The notes under the pieces were generated by a model. The model was not told the DNA's origin and searched no databases. It saw only the letters and a program-made list of their open reading frames with translations. A program made the position numbers and the translations under genes. A DNA stretch of 64,000 bases from Aplysia californica (Eukaryota). The stretch is from positions 241,017 through 305,016 of the forward strand of contig NW_004797475.1 of the NCBI RefSeq assembly GCF_000002075.1, given 5' to 3'. Shown one piece after another: positions 54,701 to 64,000 of the stretch. Every line of letters begins with the position of its first letter. Position 1 is the first letter of the stretch.

Positions 54701-57700
54701 TAAAGCAAAGCCTCAAAACCACATCATAAATATGGTCTTTATAAATAAGCAAAAACTGCATTTCTGAGAATGAATACAGAGCAAGAGTAATAGCAAGTTC
54801 TCAAATACATAGTTTTTCAGTGAAATCTAAAATATCACTATGAAAGAGTGGGATGAGTTTGTTCTTGGAAATTCTGCTCATGTATATTCGATTTCAACAG
54901 CGGCATGTCAGAGTGAGCTAACTCGTCACATACACTGCAATATTCAGGGTTGCCAGCAGGCTCTGACAAAAAAGCCTAAAAATTTTTCGATATAAAATTC
55001 TGTTTTGTTTTGTTCATTAGGATTTTTAAAATACTAGATCTAGGTATCTACCTATTTATTCGTTTTGGTTTTTTTAACCGAATAATGCCAAGCCCCAACG
55101 GTAATGCACAGGAGTTAAACGATCTGTTTTGGTCTTCCTTCAGGCCTTGCCGGTGCTGGGTTACAATTTGCTGACCAGGCAGGAAAAATTTCCCCGGCTC
55201 CGCTGATCTCGGCAGAAAAAGCTGTGAAAGCCGGATTTCCGGCTATAGCCGGAAAACTGGCAACCCTAAATATTGTATTTTTACACCTATGTAAATAAAG
55301 AAATCATCTCCACAACATACATTTCGGAAATCAGTTATAAGCTCAGTACCTGCAAACGAATGTAATGTAGTCCCTCCTATATGGCAAGCTGCAACGCCAG
55401 TACTCGCAGTTGCAAAAGTATGATTGGGCGGAAGAGCACCTGTGTTCAGATACAGAATAGTACAAATACAATATATATTCGCCACATTTTCAAAAGTATG
55501 GTTAACCATGAATATGCTTCCTTCAAAAGTACTTTTAACACTTTAAAGCTGGAGACAAAGATCAGTAACACCCCAAATCCATAATTAAAGTTAAAGAGGA
55601 AAGGCAGAAAAAATGTTTAAAGTCCAAAATAAAACCCAGCATAGCATTACCATTGAGTAATAATACTTTCCTATTTCGTCCCTATCTACCATCTATATGG
55701 ACATGTTGATTTCACTTCAAAAGACTGGTGAAATATAACTGATATCGTGCTGACTTGCTATATAATATAAAACTCCGCAAAAATAACCCAAAACCACCCA
55801 AAGGCTACTGTGTTCAGAAGGGTCACAAAAAAAAACCCTACTTGAATTTCACTCCTACTAGTTTTCCAAGTACAGAAACCATAATATGCTGAAAGAGACC
55901 ATATTCCCTGAGTGAGTGTACTTACCGATGATCCTCTTGAGTAAGAAGGACTTTCCTGTTCCTGCACTACCGGTGAAAAATATACTCCTGCCCTTCTTCA
56001 CCATTTCCAGAACTTGGTTTTGTTCAGGAGTGAGCATCACTGACTTGGCTAGCACTTTGGACGGGCTGATTCCATTGATTTTGGACATTGTCATAAACTT
56101 CGGCACCCCAGGGCTAACCTTCTGACGTTTATCACCATTTTCCTTCTGGCTCAGAGATGACAGATGTCCACCTTGATCGCTAGTCCTTTTCTTACCAGCA
56201 ATGCTGGCAGTGGACAATGAGGATGAGGATGATGATGGTTTTGATGGCATGGCCAGCTTTGACTTTTGAGTAGCTTTCACCTTTGCATTATGAGCAGTTT
56301 GCAAATCTTTCAGTGTCAAGGGCGAGATCTCTTCAAATTCACGATGCTTTCCTGAAAACAGTTTTTGCCTTTGAGACAAGAAGCCTTTATCTTTAAGACA
56401 ATCCAATTTGGTCTGTAGAAGGAAGAGGAATAATTCATTAACAGTAGAAAATTGTAAATGTTTATTCGGCGGATATGTTTTTATATCCATCCCTCCATAC
56501 AGGGGTAAATATCAAGCTTCGAAACAAAATGAGTAAGGTAACAGTTTGAAGACCAGGTTCTGATCCTCCTCCCCCCCAAAAAAACAAACAAAAAAAACAA
56601 CTGTGTTTTAATCCAGAGAAATAAACACTGTGATTTTGAAAACTATTGATTAAAAGTACACCAATAAAACCATTTTTACTAACAGTTTTATGTGTTCTTT
56701 CAAGCCTAAAAAGAAAATGGAGTTTACTTGCTTGTCAGTTTTTGGCCCAGTTAAAAAAGCTAAAAGAGAGAAGTGCTATAAATCAAACTCTGTAATCGTA
56801 AAATACAAGTTAAGAGTGAGAGACATCACACTAGATGCCTAAAAGATTATATTCATAAAGCGCAGATTTTATCATGCTAAGTTGTGACTCTACATTGACC
56901 AATAATGACAGACTTCACCACTGATAGAGATCAGTAACAAGCTTTTTAACAATGAAAGGGAATGACTTTACAAAGAAATAAGCTGTTTCTTTTTTGTTGT
57001 TGGGGCAAGTGTTTTATGGCACTTGCATAAGGTCATATGAGCGTACGGGAAACATGAAACATTTTTTCAGCTGGTAGGAAATTTTGAATTTTGCACGCCT
57101 GGCGGTCAAAGCCTACCATTTTTAGGACCACCAAGGGACCTTTAACGTGCAGAACTTCCACAGGGGACCTCCAGGATTTTTCACCCTTATCTGAGAAGGC
57201 TAGGTATTCTGGGACATATTTGAATAAACAAAACATTATGGCCTTGAAAATCTAGCTCTCATTGGCAAAACTGAAAGCAAACAAGGCAGGAGTAGACTCA
57301 TAGCAACCTACTTGGAGAGCCCAAACAGATGGGTAACAGGGGAAAATCAGGATAATGTAGCTTCTTTGGGAGTATCTAAGCAAAGGAATAAATATGTGAA
57401 ACATGATCACTGATGTCTGTCACAGATCTGGCACCTGATGATGATAATGAAAAATCATACCTGGAGGGTCTTGAGAAACATCATCAATTTGTCAGGAGGG
57501 CAATTTGACAGCATCAATTGCACTTTGTGGTCTGGAAGTTTAACTGTCGCTTTCCCATCCTTAACAAATTTCTTGTGGATAAGAAGTTCCTTCACTAAGT
57601 ACTTAGACTCCTTCTTCGGAAAAGTTATCTGTTGAAAATTTGAAAAAAGAAATGAGCAAACAGAACAAGCACACAATACTGACACCTCCTCTCCTCCCAC

Positions 57701-60232
57701 GACAGAATATATACGAGGGAAGTCAAAAAATTAAGTACCGTTTAAAAATAATTATAAAATAAATAACTTTCCCAATCAAAACAATTTATTTTTTAATACC
57801 TCATAGATCTATAGGACTACTTCTCCATGTAATCACCAGAACTGTTGAGGCATTTGTTGTAGCGTGGGACGCGCTTCTGAATGCCTGCATCATAGAAAGC
57901 TGCCGCATGCGATTTCAGCCAATGTCCAGTCTCTCCTGTGAGACCAGCGTCTGAGTCAAAGTCCTGCCCAACCAAAAACTTTTTCAAATGCAGGAACAGA
58001 TGAAAGTCACTCGGAGCCAGGTCTGAGCTGTACGATGGGTGCTTCAACTGTTCCCATCCGAAGGAGGCGACCAGGTTTTGAGTCTGTACAGACTTGTGAG
58101 GAGTTGCATTGTTGTGAAGCAGAATAATGCCGTCGCTAAGCATTCCACTTCTTTGGTTTGAATCGCTCTACGCAGGCCGCGTCAGGAAAAAAAAGTCATG
58201 TGTACAGTGTTTTGGGACAGGCAAGGAGTTCTTTTAGTAGAATTTTGGGGAAATGGGATGACAATTAACTCTGATGTGTACTGCAACACGCTTAAAAAAC
58301 TGCGTAGAGCGATTCGAAACAAAAGATGCTGAATGCTTAGCGACGGCGTTGTTCTGCTTCATGACATTGCAACTCCTTACAAGTCTGCACAGACCCAAAA
58401 CATGATCGCCTCCTTCGGATAGGAACAGTTGAAGCACCCATCGTACAGCCCAGACCTGGCTCCGAGTGACTTTCATCTGTTTCTGCATTTGAAAAAGTTA
58501 TTGGCCGGGCAGGACTTCGACTCAGATGCTGATCTCACAGGAGAGATTGGACACTGGCTGAAATCGCAGGCGGCAGCTTTCTATGATGCGGGCATTCAGA
58601 AGCTCGTCCCACGCTACGACAAACGCCTCAACAGTTCTGGTGACTACGTGGATTTTTTTTTTCAGCAAGTGACAGCACAGGACAAATATTGAGCTATTTT
58701 CATGGAAGAGGCTAGCCGTAATGACGGCTAAACTGGCAGTCTAGCCGTACTTATTCTAAATAAGATGGCTAGACTGACCCTTTAAAAAAAAATAGGCCTA
58801 CTGAATTGTAAAAATATAAATTTTTAGTGTGCAGTACCTAAAGTTTGTATTTGAGACGAAACCAGGTGCCTTAATGACAGTGCATGTATTTTAAACCTCC
58901 TGTTTTCTAATGTCTAATGTTAATAGGGCCTAAGATAAATATAGCTAGATTCTTGTCTAGCCGTACTTAAGTACGGGTAGACAGCCAGGCTAGCCGCACT
59001 TTGTCAGGCTAGCCGTACTTGATATTGATGGCTGAATTGTAAATGAAATTTTTAGCTTGCAATGCCTAAAGTATTTTTGTATTTCAGACAAAACCAAAAG
59101 GTGCCTTACTGACTTGCACGTATTTTAACCTGAATAATTACTAGATCTAGATCTAATGAGACCTGTGTACTTAACAGGCATGAGTCGATAGGGCCAAACC
59201 TAGATCTAAGTACGGCTAGACTGGCAGTCTAGCCGTACTTAACTAAACTAAGTACGGCTAGCCACTTCGTATTTTCATTCTGGTTTTACCGTGTACGTAG
59301 ATACTGAGACTAGGTGCCCGGTTACCTTGTACGTAGATACTAGATACTGAGACTAGGTGAGACTAGGTGCCCGATTAGTGTACGTAGATACTGAGAGACT
59401 AGGTGCCCGGTTACCATGTCGGTAGACATTCCGTACTATACAGTCAGTCATTTTTCTTTTCAATGAAAGTGGCTATTCTCACCCGCCCGGAAGTTCTCGC
59501 AAGATCTACTCCTCCCCTCTTCTCTCTCTCTCTCTGTCTCTTTCTGAATACTGTCTATCGGTGTGGACGATCAAATTGACCAAAACAAAGTTAAAACACA
59601 AAAGTAAATTAATTTGGTTGTCTACAAAGATGCTACGGCTATTTAACTTTTCGAATCGAGCCGAACTACGCGGGTCGCCATTTTGTTTTGTTCTCTCTCT
59701 CCTCACTCTCTCTCTCTCCCCTGCCCACAGACAAAATTGTACGCTTTTAGTAGGCTACAAGTACAGTTGTAATGGAACGTTTGTTCACAGCACAGAATTC
59801 TACAATTTTTCTCTTATCACAGTGTAGAATTCTGTGGTTTAGGGTGAACGCAAAATTTGTTGACACGCGCACCGGGTGAGAATAGCCACAAGACCCGCCT
59901 GCACTATTCTCACCCCGGGTGAGAATAGAGGTGGCCCTTTTCAATGGGTACATGTCCTTCAGAATCAAGACACAAAATTGACAATGAAACCAACGAACGC
60001 TGAGCCTCCTGATGAGTGCAGAAGTAACAGTAAATATTTACCCAATTATTCCCCCCAAAAAGGCCAGCTAGACAAAACTACCAACAATATTACTAACCTT
60101 GAGTTGCATTTCTTTGAATTCATCTCTTCCAATTGTCAGCGTAAGGTTTCTGTGTTGCACTTTCCTCACAACATTTCCAGTTGATGAGAGTTCTTCAATG
60201 CAGACAGTGCAACACAAACATGCATTTTCCAT
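48791..60232 (-). CDS. PIF1: ATP-dependent 5'-3' DNA helicase PIF1, complete, 663 aa
   Basis: Twelve coding exons: 60232-60098, 57628-57461, 56412-55926, 55439-55350, 54167-54014, 53242-53128, 52213-52107, 51361-51222, 50976-50870, 50265-50178, 49629-49484, 49045-48791. Total 1992 nt, phases consistent. Contains the N-terminal PINT-like region (CTVCIEELS...LSNCPPDKL), Walker [55 protein letters not shown] and GQAYVALSR. Confidence 0.96.
54945..55268. mobile_element. hAT-like MITE in a PIF1 intron
   Basis: Termini CAGGGTTGCCAG and CTGGCAACCCTA. Only a partial direct repeat (AATATT) flanks it. Confidence 0.55.
56990..57205 (-). mobile_element. Truncated, decayed Deu/Nin SINE
   Basis: Reverse-complement match to the 3' half of the SINE at 39671. 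Confidence 0.75.
57714..58652. mobile_element. Mariner remnant arranged as an inverted duplication of the transposase C-terminus
   Basis: TA followed by a CGAGGGAAGTCAAAAA TIR-like end. A minus copy at 57817-58175 and a plus copy at 58180-58652 both encode HPSYS(P/S)[10 protein letters not shown]...SSGDY. Confidence 0.92.
58704..59269. mobile_element. Mutator-like MITE
   Basis: TIR (G/C)GAAG(A/T)GGCTAGCCGTA and a perfect 9-bp TSD TATTTTCAT (58695-58703 and 59270-59278). Confidence 0.82.
59469..59928. mobile_element. MITE-like element with GTGGCTATTCTCACCCG inverted repeats and a terminal palindrome
   Basis: Perfect 17-bp inverted repeat at 59469-59485 and 59873-59889, plus the palindrome CTATTCTCACCCCGGGTGAGAATAG at 59904-59928. 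Confidence 0.55.
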
Positions 60233-61418
60233 TGGAATATAGATCTATAGAAGATCTAGAGAGGCAGTCAAGACCAAGAGAGGCAGTCTAGTCTACAGAT
60301 CTATAGTAGTGACTGTAGTTGTAAGTTGTAGGCCTACTGTTCCAGCGCCCAAGCATCAATTCAATGAACTGGAAATTGTTAGGAGTGTTGGATCAACAAT
60401 ATCGAATTTAAAGACTACTTTGTTATTTTTGAGAACTTAGCTGCACCGCCAGGCCACAATAGTAACAGTAGTCATATGCTAGATTTCTAGGTCTCAAAAT
60501 ATCAAATTGATTGAAAATGTACGTATCTGAAACGGCTCCGATCTGAAACACCGTCTGCGTTGCCGGGAAGAAGAGTTCTTATCACACTCTCTTGACTAAA
60601 TTTGTACCTGGGAAAAAAGAAGACTTTGACGTGTTTAAACATAAGAGGGATTGAACGTCTTTGTTGCTGTTGACTGGAGACAACAGCTTTCAATTTTCTT
60701 TCACACTGAGGAACAAACTCTATCCTTTTCCCAATAGCCCAGTTGTGATCTGTTGAGTAGTGGCCTGGCCAGTGCTTTGGTTCATTTGATTGATGCTTTG
60801 TTCATCTTTCGAAATTGGTAGCACTCGAAGAGTTGCCGGGTTGCGATTGACTTGCATTTGAGACACTTGATCAACACAAGGAGCTTAGAACTAAAATGTA
60901 AACTCCTTGAATCCGCACAATGTTTCATAAACGTTTCTGTTTGAAGAGAAAAAAGCAAAACAATTTCCAAGCTGTGAAACGAAGTATGGTATAGAACCAA
61001 TGAGATAATCCTTGTATAGAACAAAAGCTATTTAGATATAATTTTATTTTGTTCCTTAATTCTTGATCTGGTGTAACTAGGCCTAGCAGAAGCAAAATGA
61101 ACAACTTTAGAAAATGGCAACTGAAAATAAATGAATTGCAATTTTTTTGCTCTCGTTATTCCGTCAGCGACTAGAACAGTTTTGGTATAAAACAGCTATA
61201 CAGTAGCCTACAGGCTTGTTAAAGTTAGAGTATGTATTTTGTTTTGCGACCTGGCAATCGAACGGAAGTGGCTGTTTGTGTGTCCGTCCGTCGACCATCC
61301 GATTGAGCTAGGCCCTAGGCCTACTTTCGGTTTCCCCAGAAGGACTACCAGGACACGTCGTGGATTGTTCATTTCACCCTTGCTACCGGTCTTTCCAAGC
61401 AACTGGACTAAAGTTAAA
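60233..61418. promoter_or_regulatory. Putative bidirectional promoter and 5'UTR region shared by PIF1 and RIDA
   Basis: The divergent start codons are about 1.2 kb apart. An ETS-type CGGAAGTG lies at 61263-61270, with CpG-richer sequence around it. TSSs are not determined. Confidence 0.55.
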
Positions 61419-63106
61419 ATGGCTTCCAAAATTATCCGTAAAATCATTAGCACCCCAAAAGCTCCGAAAGCTGTTGGGCCTTACAGGTAATGCAGCACTG
61501 TCTCGGTAATTTGTAAGTCGAGTCGTCAGTGGGCGTTGACGCGTGCCATTGTCACTTCAAGTCACTTACAAGTGACCATTTTTTAGATGATTTAATAATA
61601 CGGCTAGCCACTTCGTAGAGTCTAGTCCAGCACGACACCATTGACTTTGAGTTTGACTTCTGGGTGTAGCATGATGCCTTTGCTAATTAGAACTAATCAT
61701 TATGATTTTTAATGCTTGCATTTTGTTGTTCATTGAGCTTTTACAAGGCAGCAAAGTAGGCTAAATAGGCTAATGATTATGTCTTTTAATACTTTTTTGA
61801 AGGTTTTTTTTTTTTTACTTTCACTCACGCCTCATGCTCAGCAGAGGGATTGCGCTGGCATAGAGAGGCCCTGCTTACATTCTGTTTTCTTAACCCTATC
61901 CGTATGCCCTGGGCCTGGAGTCATTTTGCACCCCCGGGGTTGTATTCTTCACATCTTGAAAGAGATATGTAGAATCTAGATCTAGATCTAAATATTGATT
62001 CTAGATCTAGATTTAGATCTAGATCTAGTACGAAGATCTCTTTTGAAACTTTCAGTATTTCTCCAAAAAATCATTTTGACCTGTAGACTGCTATGCAAAG
62101 CGTACGGATCGGATTAACGAGTAGTTTCCTCTTTGGAAAGTGGTGGCACAGAGTTCCCCTTGTCGTATGAATACGACAGTAAAACTCGACGTACGGATAG
62201 GGTTTAAATTTTGTCCATTTTAAATTTTACTCACATTTCAACTTTATCCCTTGTAAATTATAATTAGTTTATGAGATTTTTTATGTTATGATGTTAACTA
62301 AATCTAGATCTAGGCTATACTATATAATTTTAAATGATAAATCATGAATAATAAAAAATTATATTACCGTAATTACGGAGGATTGATTGTGTAGCATCTT
62401 CTATTAGGCCCAAGTCCATATATATATATCGAATGCGTACTTCTTTTTTGTGGGTGGGGGTGTTCATATTAGTAGATTAAAGTATTGAAGTAAATATAAT
62501 GAAACTCATAGGAATATTGTACCTTGGAATTTACACAAATGTGACAGTTAGGGTCAAATGCTCCACTAGAATGAAAAAAAAGTCAGTANNNNNNNNNNNN
62601 NNNNNNNNNNNNNNNNNNNNNNNNNNNNNNNNNNNNNNNNNNNNNNNNNNNNNNNNNNNNNNNNNNNNNNNNNNNNNNNNNNNNNNNNNNNNNNNNNNNN
62701 NNNNNNNNNNNNNNNNNNNNNNNNNNNNNNNNNNNNNNNNNNNNNNNNNNNNNNNNNNNNNNNNNNNNNNNNNNNNNNNNNNNNNNNNNNNNNNTCATAT
62801 ATAGAAAATGTAAATAAATATATATGACAGTGACAGAGTCAATTTGAATTCCTGTATCCTAACGACTCAATCGACTGTCTGAGTATAATGTTTGAGGTGG
62901 ATCCTGTGGAATTTTCCTGCTTACTCACAATTTTATTATTTTCTGTTTTGTTGTGAAAACTTCATACTTGTCGTCATGTGTTCTCCTCCCTGCCATTCAG
63001 TCAAGCTGTTAAGGTGAATGAGACCCTGTATATATCTGGACAAATTGGATTTATTCCGGAAACCATGGAAATCGTTGCAGGGGGTGCTGCTGCGGAGACG
63101 GATCAG
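61419..63106 (+). CDS. RIDA: Reactive intermediate imine deaminase A (UK114/HRSP12), exons 1-2; the gene continues past the window
   Basis: Exons 61419-61486 and 63001-63106 join in frame as MASKIIRKIISTPKAPKAVGPYSQAVKVNETLYISGQIGFIPETMEIVAGGAAAETDQ. This contains the YjgF/RidA signature AP.A.GPYSQA...ISGQIG. Confidence 0.93.
61894..62202. mobile_element. piggyBac-type MITE in RIDA intron 1
   Basis: TTAA-CCCTATCCGTA ... TACGGATAGGG-TTTAA. Confidence 0.75.
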
Positions 63107-64000
63107 GTAAATCTATAGTAAATTTATGCTTTCGTGATAAATAATGATCATATTTTTCAAACTGTTTCTAATTGAAATGGCAATTTTAGATTACAACTGA
63201 TATGATGATGTTTATAATTATAGGGCAGTTGCTTTTTTTATACTTAAAGGTTGGAGAGGGCAAAAATTAAAGTGAAAAAGGTGGGGCTCGAGATATCTGT
63301 GAGATCTTGGGAGTCTGCTGGATGGAAAGACTTGAATGAAATGATAACCCTTTCTCATTTTGTCTTCTTGCTTTTGTAGTTTTAGTATTTCATCACAACT
63401 ATTTTTATCTCTTACAAAACAAATTTCAATTTCTGTCAGAGTTTATTGAAGAGGAGCAGATAGGAGAGCTAGAGCATTGGGTATTATTAAGTAAGGAATA
63501 GTGCAATACAATTTTTAAGGAAGAAATTTTTTGTGACATAGAAAGGTTTTTTGGAATATTGCAAAAATTTGTATGCATTTAATTATTTAGCATCTCTAGC
63601 AAAGCTTCCTTACTACCAGGGTGATTTTTCTTCTGCTGTGCACCCATTCAATTACATTTTTTTCTTACGTATAGTTGAATAAGTTGTCATTGTGTTACTT
63701 GACATACATGATAGTTAGAAGAGTTGGAACTTGTACTCCTGAAATACATATCTGCTAGAAGTTAAAATGCAAAAATTGAAATATTTTTTCTCACATTTTT
63801 CTTTATTTGTACCAGCACAATGAATTGACAAAAATATTATTCCACAGGGATGCAAAAGTTTCATTTGGATATACATAGCAAACAACTCCATATACTGCCA
63901 TTTTTACCATGTGTAATTTTTCTACCTAATGGGGCACTAAAAACTGTGACAGTATTACTAGAGTAAGTAAGAGAGGAAAGAATATATATATCCCTTCATT

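Noticed and set aside
48791-60232. PIF1 as a Helitron Rep-Hel helicase
   Set aside because: It has the host-type N-terminal domain, 12 exons and no Rep (HUH) domain, so it is the cellular gene.
1-64000. Hammerhead ribozymes or intronic C/D snoRNAs
   Set aside because: The CTGATGA/CTGAAGA hits I inspected by eye lacked supporting stems or partner boxes. An Infernal/Rfam scan would be needed to exclude them.

Overview
This is animal genomic DNA, AT-rich, with N-gaps and many GA/CT microsatellites. The SINE repertoire (Deu/Nin, Meta and CORE-like domains) suggests a mollusc or other lophotrochozoan. Four spliced host genes were rebuilt by hand from GT-AG splice sites and reading phase: (1) the 3' part of a short ADAMTS-like M12B metalloprotease that lacks TSP1 repeats (+, ends 9311); (2) complete AGPAT5 (-, 8 coding exons, 369 aa); (3) complete PIF1 helicase (-, 12 coding exons, 663 aa); (4) the first two exons of RIDA (+), head-to-head with PIF1. 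The rest is mostly transposons: a 7.4-kb P element (25-bp TIRs, 8-bp TSD) with nested insertions, mariner remnants, pogo-like, piggyBac-like and Mutator-like MITEs, and several SINE families. The most notable observations are: (a) 33-bp palindromes with perfect 8-bp TSDs that match the 17+16-nt geometry of P-element excision scars, one with its empty site visible in a duplicate copy; (b) a ~180-bp retroposon family with a fixed 5' end, no tRNA head and a LINE-type stem-loop tail shared with other families; (c) a mariner fold-back in PIF1 intron 1. Most ORF-track entries are spurious (N-runs, microsatellites, antisense frames). Family assignments come from recalled motifs, not database searches.
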